A stretch of 59,962 nucleotides of DNA, counting the filler, from Catajapyx aquilonaris (taxonomy: Eukaryota): NCBI GenBank assembly GCA_000934665.2. It is 3 parts of 3 records of this genome, joined end to end, with 100 filler letters (N's around TTAATTAATTAA, not from the genome) between each part and the next. Parts side by side here need not be neighbours in the genome. Positions count along the whole stretch, not along the records: positions 40,054 to 59,962 come from JYFJ02006365.1; 2 more parts are not named here. One strand, written 5' to 3'. The position numbers and the translations under genes are program-made. Within the stretch, counting starts at the first letter, position 1; each line of letters starts with the position of its first letter. Positions 45,567-57,800 of this stretch are shown here, in pieces. The notes beneath the pieces are model-generated. The model was not told the DNA's origin. It made no database searches and saw only the letters and a list, made by a program, of their open reading frames with translations.

Positions 45567-46939
45567 ATATGCTATTTTCTATACCTTAACTAGTTATCCT
45601 GGGAAATACCACCACCACGTCAGCTGCTATAGGAAACTTGAGGAGCCATTATCTCGTAAACTCTTGTATGTCAGCCGCAACGGACTTCACTTTTCGCATC
45701 AACCATATGGACTCTTGCCCTATGCCAAGTGTCATAGGGCAACTCAACTTACAGCAAGTACCGTTCCCTTGTCAGTCTGCTGGAGGCCATGAGTGGCCTC
45801 CACATGGGCTGAAGATTATTTTAAAGCTGGTATACTATGCCTGTTTTCCCGAGTAATATCACTGCAGTCGGTAGCGTTGTGGTGATGGCCATCTCCCTCT
45901 TCTGCTTCAATCTGTCCCCTCTCTACTTTCCCCACATTGTGGTTTTCAATTATGGGACGCCAAAACAACTTTGTAACTCATCTGGACTTCGAGTCTAAGG
46001 GACATGTTGATGAAATGGGAGGCAGGGCTGATGAATTGTCCTATGGGTCTTCCATGCTAATATTGGAATGTGGCTTCTTGTATGTTGTGTAATGGCAGTT
46101 AACATTAAGTTTATTAATTAATTGATGTACTGTAGATATAGATACCGTATATAGAGAGCGACTCGCTATGCTACAATTTGAAAATATATTTCTTATGCTC
46201 TACTCGAAATTTCCTGTGGTAGTAAAAATCTTAATCATTAATTTCACTAAACAGTTACAGTTATCAAAAGTACATATTTATTCTTAACCTCACTCTCTTT
46301 AACATTTGTTTGAGTTGTCTTTTGATAATATTAACTGCTCAAAACATGAAGTAAAATTACCTGTTTTTGCTGCCATTTTTCCAAGATGGCAGCTGTAATA
46401 GGTAGGGGAAATCATGGCGAGAAGTTGATTTCCAAACTTCTGATCATGCTTAACAACTTCCCTCTAACCACGGTCATATAAGTAAGGTCTGGTCACTCCC
46501 ACCCACCCCCTGCCGAGGCATTTTGCAGGGAGCCTAGTCCGGTAAGGTCGCCACATATCCGGAGACTCCAGATGTCTCATGGCGATCTCAGGTGAGCACC
46601 CTCTGCAAAATTCCTCGGGAGGTGAGAAGATCTGAAGGTAGTATGAGTGTCCGGGGGCTGCCTCTAACCTATCCGAATTAACATGAATTATTAGCGAAAG
46701 ATATTTTCTGAACAATGCAGGGCGTCCACAATGAACCTCCCGAGTTTCAACTTGCTGCCATATTTTCCATTCAATTTTTCATGTTTTTCTGCAAACTCGG
46801 GGAAGAAAGGACATGGGGGGGTAAGGGTGGGGATTTTTAGGGGAGGAGACACGGGTTCATGTGCAATGTCGGAATGTGCAGTCTCCCAGGAGGTTAGGTT
46901 GCCAGACGCTTCCAAGGCGTGGGTCAGATATCCGGTCCT

Positions 46940-47028
46940 GACGCAGGCGAAAGGGAACTCCCAGCCGGGGATCGAACCCGGGACCTAGCAATCTGAGATG
47001 TTGCCAACTCGGCCACCACACCTCCCCG
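46940..47028 (-). mobile_element. tRNA-like SINE head (third family); body may extend to ~46460
   Basis: GGTGGCCGAGTTGG A-box-like and GGTTCGATCCCC B box on the minus strand. Confidence 0.55.
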
Positions 47029-47210
47029 CTTAGAACCAGTTATTACCCATAGACACTGAATTTGTTTGTTTATTGTTGAATGAAGCACCGAATACATCAT
47101 AGGGAACAGCACATGCCATATTGGATTGACATTTTGTGCAAGGATAGGGGTTGCAGGATTTGACTATAACGTTGACCTCATTGACCAATTGTGGTGGTGG
47201 TCTCTTTCAG

Positions 47211-48194
47211 ACTGGGGCAGAGAGGCCACAAGAATGCACTGGAAAGAGGCAGTGTGAATGCTCCACTTGTGGGAAGAGGGACCGTGATCCCATCAATATT
47301 ACCCACCCAAAGAAGGCCCACAAGAAACCGCTTCAGTTGACCTGCACCATATGTGACAGGAAGTATGCATCGCTACGTAACCTGGAGCGCCACAATTATC
47401 AAATCCACGGGGAGGGAGCAGGAAGGAGATATCAGTGTGACCTGTGTCCCCGAAATTACAGCAATGAGAGGTCCCTGGCAGATCACAGGCGCACTCACAT
47501 ATGTGAGTTGCCGCACAAATGTGACACTTGTGGGAAGAGATATCAATGGCCTGGTGAATTAAAGGCCCACAAGCGGACGCACAATGGAGAGCGTCCTTTT
47601 GCCTGCAACTTATGTGACAAGACATATATGACTCGAAGTGGATTACGTGAGCACAAAATAGACAAACACAATAAGCAACCAGCGAAACAGTGCCAGTGCC
47701 CCTCGTGTCCCAAAAGATTTGCAAATAGAGGTGCCTTGAAGAATCACATGAAGAAACACAAGCTGGAGAAGTCACACCAATGTGCCACTTGCGGGAAGCA
47801 GTTCCATTATATGCACCGATTAGCAGCACACGAGCGATCTCACACTTCAGAACGTCCCCATGCCTGCAAATTATGTGACAAGACATATGCCACCACTGCA
47901 GGCTTATATATGCACAAAATTAGAGTCCACACGGAGGGTGGAGGTAAGACACTCCAGTGCGACTTGTGTCCCAAAAAATTTGCATCGAAATCCCACCTAA
48001 CGATTCACATGCGCACTCACACTGGGGAGAAGCCCTTTTCCTGTCTCGTGTGTGGAAAGGGCTTTACTCTGAAGCACCACCTGGGCCAGCACATGACCTT
48101 CCACATTGGGGAGAGGCCCTTTGTGTGCACCGTGTGCAAGAAGGACTTTCTTATGAAGCACCACCTCCAGAGCCACATGAAGGCACTGCATTGA
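47211..48194 (+). CDS. Terminal exon encoding 10 C2H2 zinc fingers plus one degenerate finger (ZF copy 1)
   Basis: Acceptor TCTCTTTCAG|ACT; tandem CxxC-x12-H-x3/4-H fingers with TGEKPF/GERPF linkers; stop at 48194. Confidence 0.88.
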   Translation, partial: TGAERPQECTGKRQCECSTCGKRDRDPINITHPKKAHKKPLQLTCTICDRKYASLRNLERHNYQIHGEGAGRRYQCDLCPRNYSNERSLADHRRTHICELPHKCDTCGKRYQWPGELKAHKRTHNGERPFACNLCDKTYMTRSGLREHKIDKHNKQPAKQCQCPSCPKRFANRGALKNHMKKHKLEKSHQCATCGKQFHYMHRLAAHERSHTSERPHACKLCDKTYATTAGLYMHKIRVHTEGGGKTLQCDLCPKKFASKSHLTIHMRTHTGEKPFSCLVCGKGFTLKHHLGQHMTFHIGERPFVCTVCKKDFLMKHHLQSHMKALH

Positions 48195-50836
48195 TCACAT
48201 TCTGATGAAGCAGCAACAATACAGAGTCTTCTCTGATCAGGAGGTTGGAACAGGGAAGAATTGTCGATGGAGTAGTCAGCACTGCTCCAAACTTGGCATG
48301 AGGTTTGGTCCACCTGCACTTTAAAAAAAAATATCAAAGGGATATGGTGGAACTGTACAACAGGAATGACACACTGCCGCGCAGTGGTGCCCCGACCCCT
48401 TTTTCATGGACAAAAGTCTGAAACTCGTTCGATCTTCATGATACTCGGCATATTTATGTTGTTGAAGGTCCACATGCCATTTTTAGTGGTCTGAGCCCAA
48501 TACGGACAATTTCGACAATTTACATACCAGTGTGATAGATACCCTTATAGGAACAGATCAAATTTTGAGAGTTACGCCTCTGCAGAGTCTTTTAAACTTT
48601 AACATAGCATGAAATTGTCTCTGTGGATGTAAACTGACTTGCCAGTGGAGTATCAGTGGATCAGAAAGAGTTCTTATTTTAAAATTAGTGTGTGAATGGA
48701 ACTGTATAAACTTGCAGGCATGTTTGTCGTCTCCGCGAGTTGAAAAGGTTCAGTTGTTGAGTGGAAATGTGGGGGATGTCAACACAGCAAAGCACCGCAT
48801 CCAGTAGCGATACGGCAGTGTTTTATTTTCGCTGGCGGATGTGACGTCATGATTTGGGGCAAACATGGGAGGCCTCGTGAGCTCTAACCGGGCATCGTAG
48901 AGCAAAAGAACCTTCACTTCCTTGTACTGGTTTTTAAGAAGGAATCTCGCTACTTGAAGTTTGTGCCCCATTTACTGACCACCCTGCATGTCCAAGCTAT
49001 CCACCTTACTTGCAGAATCTCTGAGAGATCGGAAAATTAGTGTCATGACATCAGGCATGCACTTTCCTCTTGAAGTGCAGTACATTTTTATGCTGATTAA
49101 AATAATAATAATAATAATACAACAACAACAACAACAACAACATCACGACATTTCCCTATGAGGGGTAGTCAGCGATGAAGGGAGATGCAAGCTAACCCAA
49201 CATATGAACTAATAAAACACATGAGAAAGAACCTAAAAACAACCTGTCCCACCCCCCCACCCCTGCCCACCTCAGACATCACCTTATCCTCAGACGTATT
49301 TACCTATTTACCCATTAATTAACCTACGCCATTTACACCTATCCAAACAAACAACCCTAGCCTCAGCCACGTCCATGGTCCTATTGACACAAGAACGTCT
49401 CGGCTTAACACTAGCAACACCCTTAAGACACTGGCAATATATTATTATTATATAATAATATATATAATATTAATATTAAATTAATATTAAATTAATATTA
49501 ATATATATAATACACAATAATAATAATAATTATAATTATTATAATAATAATTATTATTATTATTATAATGGAGGCAAAAGAGGTCACTTAATAAAAGACA
49601 TCTTTTTATGCCAATGTTTTTGCAAACAGCAATCATACTGCAACAAAGTTTCCAAGCCTGATGCAGATCTCTCCAGGGATGTATGTTGCAGCAACAGCAT
49701 GATGATAAAAAAAGTGCTGTTTTTCTCACTATAATAACATTATTCAGTACTTTATCCCAAAAATGAACAAAGCATGAAAATAGCACTGAGGGATTACCAC
49801 CTCTCCATGCACGTGAGAAAATGGCTTGCAAGGCAGAGGTTTGACCATTGCCAAGAATGAATCCCAGCCCAATGTTTTATTCCGGGGGTCGTGGAAATGG
49901 CAAACTCTTATGACAGAGGCCAGGGATTACTTGCATATACGAGTACATGGCAGTAATCCCTGCAGAGGCATGCAAAATCTTGTGTGGCTCGATGACAAAT
50001 GCTGCAATATGGTTGGAAACTATGTTGATAAAAATTTTTAATGCTCATGCATTCAGGTGTATACCTAGTACTGTAATAAAAATCCTGGATGGAAGGCATC
50101 GTTGTTTTTCTAATTAGAACAGAATGCAAGTTACTTTCTGAATGACCTAGGTGAAGTAGTTTAGTTGATTTTTTTCCAGAAAGCATTGGCTTGACTGTGT
50201 CACATCGGAAACAGACTGGTGGGCAATTCCAATAAGTTTGGCATAATCACAGAATCATTGTTGATTTGTCAGGCCAGTTGGATGCCACTTCACTTATCGA
50301 AACCATTGAAGCAAGCTGGATGTGTAGAGTTGGACAACACAACACATGGATGAGTATAGCTGCCAACTAAAACAAAATTTTAAATAATAATTGTGTAGTA
50401 TTTTTACCGAATTGTGAACCTAAAAGTTTCTGTCAAATCAGAGATGTAGGAACATAAATGTAACTGGATCTCGGCAGTAGGGAAATGTGAAATGAAGTTG
50501 CCTAAAAAGCCAGAGCCAGAGAAAAACAGTTTTTTTGGTCCTAAGCATCTGTCTACCTTGTTGTGGCCCGGCCTCCCTTCCCTTCTGTACAAGGAAATAT
50601 TTTTTTATTTTGGGCATTTTGGAGAACGTCCCAGGAGAGCGTCCCAATTTGGTGGTTGTCACCATGTGGCAAGATGAGTCGTGAGATAGGCTACTGTTTG
50701 TTTGCTTGTTGTTGGAGCAAGCACCAAATGAATGGAGAACAGCACATTCCAAATTCGATTGACATTTTGTGCGAGACTATAGATTGCGGGATTTGATTAT
50801 ATAACATTGACCCACTGTGGTGGTTTTCTTTTCCAG

Positions 50837-51984
50837 ACTTGTTTGGCCAAGGTGTATTCAGGACATGCGACAAGTACAGCATCAGAAGACGGGGATGGAA
50901 GCATGGAGTTATCAGGCAGCGGGTTGGGTTCCCGTTGCAGAACCACCTCTGATTCACGGTCAGGACTGACAGGGAAAGAAGCTAATGGCACTGCAACCCA
51001 TACAGCAGAGAGGCCACAAGAATGCACTGGAAAGGGGCAGTGTGAATGCTCCACTTGTGGGAAGAGGGACCGTGATCCCATCAATATTACCCGCCCAAAG
51101 AAGGCCCACAAGAAACCCCTTCAGTTGACCTGCACCAAATGTGACAGGGAGTATGCATCGCTACGTAACCTGGAGCATCACAATTATCAAATCCACGGGG
51201 AGGGAGCAGGAAGGAAATATCAGTGTCACCTGTGTCACGGATATTACAGCAGTGAGAGGTCCCTCACATATCACAGGCTGCGAATTCACACACAGGATTG
51301 GCCGCACAAATGTGACATTTGTGAGAAGAGATATGTATCCCCTGGTGAATTATTGGCCCACAAGCGGATGCACAGTGGAGAGCATGCCTTTGCATGCAAC
51401 TTATGTGACAAGACATATATGACTCGAGGTGGATTACTTACTCACAAAATATACAAACACAATAAGCAACCAGCCAAACAGTGCCAGTGCCCCTCATGTC
51501 CCCAAAAATTTGCAAATAGAGTTGCCTTGATGTATCACATGAAGAAACACAAGCAGGAGAAGCCAAACCAATGTGCCACTTGCGGGAAGCAGTTCCATTA
51601 TATGCACCAATTAGCATTACACGAGCGATCTCACTCTTCAGAACGTCCCTATGCCTGCAAATTATGTGACAAGACGTATGCCACCTGTGCAGGCTTATAT
51701 CCACACAATAAAGGAGTCCACAGGAGGGTGGTGGTAAGACACTCCAGTGCGACTTGTGTCCCACAAAATTTGTATCGAAATCCAAACTAACAGTTCACAT
51801 GCGCACTCACACTGGGGAGAAGCCCTTTTCCTGTCTCGTGTGTGGAAAGGGCTTTACTATGAAGCACCACGTGGAGCAGCACATGCGCTTCCACATTGGG
51901 GAGAGGCCCTTTGTGTGCACCGTGTGCAAGAAGGACTTTCTCATGAAGCACCACCTCCAGAGCCACATGAAGGCACTGCATTGA
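50837..51984 (+). pseudogene. Duplicated C2H2 terminal exon (ZF copy 2) with a 1-nt deletion near 51723
   Basis: Acceptor TTTTCCAG|ACT; CACAGGAG here vs CACACGGAG in copy 1 shifts the frame after finger 7; fingers 8-10 remain intact in the other frame (ORF 51754-51984). Confidence 0.8.
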
Positions 51985-52801
51985 TCACATTCTGATGAAG
52001 CAGCAACAATACAGAGTCTTCTCTGATCAGGAGGTTGGAATGGGGAAGAATTTATTGATGGAGTAGTCAGCACTGCTCCGAACTCGGCATGAGGTTTGGT
52101 CCACCTGCACTGGCAATGGTGGCCGCTATCGTTGTTTATCTTGCCTAGTAGTGACTTATCAACAATTCTCTTCCATGTAGAGAACACCCCTCATAGAAAC
52201 AGAGACAGTGGCTGCAATGGTTAGCTGGAAGACCAACTAGCAAAGAGGCTTTTCCAGCACCCAACACTCCATAGTTGCAAACTGTGTGCAAATTTTGTTA
52301 AACGTGACGTTTGTCATATATCAATGGCATCTAATGAGACTGAAACTTTTTGCATGTAAGTTAGTTTATGTATGTCCAAGCTTACATGTTCTCCTGGGAA
52401 CCATTTTTAAACAGAGAAAAGCATATTCTCCTTCCTTGGAGATCAAATGTGGAGGAATTATGAAATGTCTTTGTTTCCTTATTATTACTACACATGTATT
52501 AGTCGTGTGGCAATAAAGTTATTTCATATCAATAAAATCGGAATCAGCAGTTGTGAACTTATACATTGCGAGCTTACAGCCTCTCTCAAATGCCTTCTTA
52601 GGTGCCCAACTGGTAGAGCCAGATGCATTAACATCTACATCCATATAACAACCTTTAGGCCCTGAGAAAATACATTGTCTTTCGACAGGGAAGGTAATTT
52701 TTTCTAATGACCAAAATGAACTTGCTGCAGTAATAATGCCGTAATGCTGCACTGTATATCTACTACCCAGAAATAAGATAAAATGCAAAATGATTTCTAG
52801 G

Positions 52802-53020
52802 TTTTTTTTTTTTTGTCTTACCCCATTTCAGGGACCGAGCCCTTTCAGGGGGGTGGGCTACCACCATCTGGGTGAAACTTGTATACTGTGGACAGTATTG
52901 AATGTGTTTCACGGGTAAGTAGGAGGGGATGTGCCAAGTGCATGTGCAATGTCTCATACGGTCATTTTGTGAACTCCCCCGGGTGGCTTAGTCTATCGGA
53001 AATTGCCACCCGAAACGAAA
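52802..53020 (-). mobile_element. SINE family A (tail type 2), head missing
   Basis: Matches 6545-6770, including the GGGTGGGCTAC tail region. Confidence 0.75.
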
Positions 53021-53284
53021 CCACGACGATTTCTAAGTTAGCAATGTTATCTAGTGGCAGAGGATATCGTATCTTGATGTGCAAATATTATTGGGTATGT
53101 TGCTGGTATGCTACGTCGTGCAACCGGCTTAAATGAGCCACTGGAGAGGGAGAGATTCGTTCCGAACCCGATTTGCGACATTCCGCGGTGTCAGTTCTCT
53201 TCTTCAATTTCCAACAGTGTCAAGTGAGTTTGGGGAGTTGCCGTGTTGTACCAGATCAGGGCAAACAAAAGGGAGAGGGTGGAT

Positions 53285-53694
53285 ATGGAAGGTGGTGGTC
53301 GGGGTCTGAGCAGTCACTGGGGGCCAGGAAGGCACGTTTCAGATGAGAGTGCACTGTCTGGACACAGTCTTCTGAACGGCCCTAGGAGGGACAGGGTCAA
53401 GGCGGAGGAGGATTTGGAGGGACCACTGCCAGATGAGGAACTAACTGCACAGGACCACCAGACGAGTTCATCTTGGCAGGCCATCATCAAGGAGGAGGGA
53501 TGGGGCAGGTCAGAGCCTGGCATTACATGCTCTCATTACAAACCATAATGTCACATGTGGCACTTTTTGTGTAGGTGGAAGTGGACAGGGTGGCCCAAGA
53601 CAATCAAACCTGGAGGCTCAGGAGGAGAGGGAATAAACGAGGGGACAGGAAGTTGGGGAGAGGCAGCACTGAGAACAAGTCGTCTGAGGATGAG
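53285..53694 (+). pseudogene. Degenerate paralog of the first exons of zinc-finger gene B
   Basis: MEGGGRGLSSHWG...GPRRDRVKAE resembles the 54801 exon but lacks the finger; short E-type exon at 53575-53694 (120 nt). Confidence 0.55.
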
Positions 53695-54800
53695 GTACGC
53701 AGCATAATGTTGTTATACTGATCAACACGGAGGAAATTCTGCTCATTTAGCTGAAGTTTCCCAATGAGAGCTGGAAGTACAGCTTGACTGGAAAGTCAGG
53801 ATTCATATAGGTATACTGTATATTGGGACTTTCGTCCAGGCAATGAATGCTCAAAAAGGGGGTGTAGACGGAAATGTCGGGACGGCAAGAATTGACCTCA
53901 GTGCTTTGTTTGTTAGGAGGTAAACGTACTAAAAGTCCTGGGACCTAGGAGGGGAGGCAAAGGGGGGAGGGAAGAAGGTACGGGTTTTCGGTTTTTCGAT
54001 TTTATCTCGAAAGCGGGTAGGTCTAGCAAAAATATGGTAATGTACAAAGTTGAAGCTGGTAATATTCCCTACAAGAACCTCTCTATTCACTATTTACGTA
54101 TCTGTTGTAGTTTCAGAGATATACGCTCGTCAAAATCGCAAATTCCCCCCCAAATAAACATTCTTGCCTCCCGTTTGTTGACAAACTTTTCCTTTTATCT
54201 CATTTTCCGTTCATTTGAGAAGAAAGCCATCGGAGAAGAAGTTGTAGAGCATGTTATTTCCTATCAATGAGTACATTATTCCATATTGCATCCTGAACTG
54301 ATCGAAAGTTGTGCAATTTTAACAATTTGTGCAAATTCCGAGATATATGACGCAATCCCGTGTATTGCAATATTTATCATTACTATGTAATGGTTATTCC
54401 ATTTAAGAAAGGCTATATTATGTGGTGTACGTATACACCTCAATGCCTGGGGAAAGCGTATTTATGTAATAAAAAACAAACATTCATTGAAATCCAATAT
54501 ATAAATTTTAAAAAGTGATGATCTAGCTATTACATTCAAAGCAGGTTAGGCGTGGAAATATTATCTGCAGCTGCTATGCTACGCGCGCAATCGGCATGAA
54601 AGCAAGTCACCGTGACCAATGTTCCTTTTTCGTTTGGAACAATAACAATCATGGCGAGCCGGTTTGGGTGCCGGTGAGCTCCTCTGTAGTTCCCTTCCAA
54701 CGGTTTTTGAAGTTTCGTGGGCGGAAGGGAGGAGGGCAGCTGCCCTTGCTGGAGCCAGAGTGTGTGACTATAAGCAAAGGGTGGTAGCCTGAGAAGAGAG

Positions 54801-57800
54801 ATGGAACGCGGCCATCGTCGGAGGAGGAGGAGGCTGTCCCTGAGGAGCGGTGGGGGCCTGAGCAGCCACTGGGGCCAGGAAGGCACGTTCAGGTGCGTCT
54901 ACTGCCTGGACGCCACCTTCAGGACCAGGATGCAGCTGCTGCACCACCAGTTCATACACGGGCCGAGGGACAAGGTCAAGGCGGAACTGGGGGAAGGAGA
55001 GGAGGATCTGGCCGGGCCTCAGGTCGGAGGAGGTCGTCGTCAGGTGGAGCACCAACAGGACCATGGAGGCCGCACTTGCCAGGTCAGTATTCTTCACGCT
55101 CCTGGTGCAAGCCCAGTCACATGTGTCCTGAAACATCTGCTTACAGGAGGACGGGGAGGACCACGGCGGGCAGGTCCTGCCGGAACCAGAGTTCATCTTG
55201 CCAGACCAACAAGAAGGGATGGGGCAGGTAAGAAACGCACTTGACACACATGCGCCCACATTATTTTTTGTGGGATGTGTTTAATATTTTTGTTACGTTA
55301 ATAACGCATAGCATGAAATGAGGCATTTCGCACGGGAGTCACTCACTATTGCATCTTAACATGACATGCAGTACAGTGAAACCTGTGTATTGCGGAATCG
55401 CATGGGATCGCCCCAAAAATGTTCTGTACTGGATAGGTTTCCCGTTCCCGCAATATTCAGATCAAGGACGTTACTGATATTTTTTTGCCAGTGAGAAAGA
55501 GAGGAAAATAGGAGTACAAAAATAAGCACCTTACCTCAATACGATGCAAAAAGAGTCCATACAGTAGCATTTTTGTGGAGTAGGTTGTTTTGCCTAGCGT
55601 ACAGCACATCTTAAAATTGCTCTTTCGTTTCAGTTGAAAATGCCCTCCTTGAAATACCCCGGACAAGCGCTTCCCACTTTTCCATCCAATTTTCTACTTC
55701 TTTGACATTCACGACACTTGCATCACCACGCACTGTTTTCCAGGAAATTCTGCGCCTGTTGCGGAAACTTTCCATCCACCCATTTGAAGCACTAAATTTG
55801 GCCACACCAAGTTTTTGGGCTATTAATTTCGCCTGCTCTTATGGACCACCTAAAAATTCACTTTGCGGAGTAACTTTGGAAACTAGTCAAAAAAATTACA
55901 CTTTTCCGTGTTCTTGAGATTAAAAATTACACAATGAAGATAGGTAATCAACTTGCATATATGTTACGTAGATTTAAACTAGCTTTTTAACGATGTATAA
56001 CTGATTTTTTTTGGACCACATTCCTTGGAGTTCTTTAGAGTCAAACACATGTGCCAGTATTTAAAAATCCGATGGTAGTCCTGTTCCTCTTCCTGGCACG
56101 AATATGACGTGAATGACACGTACTCGTATAAATGTGGGGAGGCCATTTTGAAATATGACGTCTTATCGGGACAAATTACAAGACAGATGCAGTTCTGTCA
56201 TACAGGACAAGCGTTGCCTTGCATAATGATAGAGATATGGGGATGCCGTCTCATAAGCTGAAGAAGAACTAAAACAATAAACAACATAATAACAATTGCG
56301 CAAATGTTCCCTATTGGGGACGATAGGCATATTTGGGTTAAGGCTAATCGAGGGTGACAGGAGAAGTTTTAATGCTGCAGTCACTCCTTCACATGGGGTA
56401 ATCACTGCATTCCAGGCAGATTTTTCACGGCGGACAAATTTCCTCTCCATCAGACGTAAAACTAAGTGCGCAATGCTCGATGTCTCGGAATTGGTGTCTG
56501 ATGTAAAGGCTTGTGGGAGAACCCTGATTAGCAGTAGCAGACTGCCAGCAGAGACTAGGCAGGAGAGTGACTATTCCACCGGGCGTATCTTCAAAGTCTT
56601 GGCGGTTTGGATTTTGGTGTTACTAATAATTGTGCGGCAAACAATCAACAAGAGAGTGTCAGAACTTTCACATGCATTTTTAGAATCCAGCTGGAATGCT
56701 GCTGAAAAGGTTGGGGAGGGAGTTGCCGAGGTAAATTCATTTGAAATCTGGACATGATGCAAAACTTCATGTTGATTGTTCATTCTTAATGGTCTCTCCC
56801 TTCTCTAGACGGAGACGGAGCAAGAAGGGACGAGGGATGGGACAGATCCGGAGATGCCTGACGATGTCCCTCAAATCGGGAATGGAGAGCATGATGTGAG
56901 CATGGGAATGACATATTCTTGGGGGGCTTGTGGTGGGAACATCTGGCGGTTTTCTTCATCCAGAGGTGGATTAATAAACTGACTTTTAATTTAGGTGGAA
57001 GTGGACATTGGCCCAAGAGTCTCAGAAGTGGAGGCTCAGCAGGAGGAGAGGGAAACAATGGACGTTGTGGGAGGCAGCACTGAGAGCAAGTCGTCTGAGA
57101 ATGAGGTATGAAGCATGGACTGAGCACGGAGGGAATTCTGCTTGTTTAATTGTGTCCCAGTAACCAGAAGGCATTAGGTCATTTGGGAACTGTTTGAGGT
57201 ACTGTCACTCATTTTGTGCCTGGCCCCCTATTGTCTATCATCTTTGGTCTGTGCAAAGGGAGTAACGGATTGGTGCTGGGGGGTGACAGGTCCAGAGTTA
57301 AGGTCTTTGGTGTCATTTTAAGCATGGGATGGTTTGCTGGCATTCAGTCAAAGAGGGAACAAATTGTCTGCTTTTCGCTCAGGTGGAAGTGCGGTCTGGT
57401 CCGAGGAAATCAAAAGTGAAGGCTCGACAGAGGATGACGGAAATGAGGGAACGTCATGCAGGAAGAGGCAGTGACTCTGACATTGGAGGCGATTCTGAAG
57501 ACGCAGTGGTGTCTAACTCCGAGGGCGAGTCTTCTGAGGATGAAGTACGTAACTTATATTAATACTAATGGTGATTAAACTGCTTCACATAGCTGGGTTG
57601 GCTGGTTTAAACCACGGTTTAAATCATGTGGCAAAAGGCGCAGTAGATATGTGATCAATCTGTATCTGTCAAATCATCTTCAGTCTGTGCAAGTAGGGAT
57701 TGGTGTGGGGGTGACAGATCCAGAGTTATGGTGTAGCCTTCTTAAGCATGGGGAGGTTTGCAGGCATAAAACGTTTCCAGGCAAAAGGGGCAAAAATAGT

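Larger units (their letters stand above)
43108..45771 (+). mobile_element. Full-length Tc4/Tc5-type (pogo-related) DNA transposon
   Basis: 205-bp TIRs starting CAAGGGAA (about 3 mismatches by eye); TCA duplication in a C-TCA-G target; one intact transposase ORF. Confidence 0.92.
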
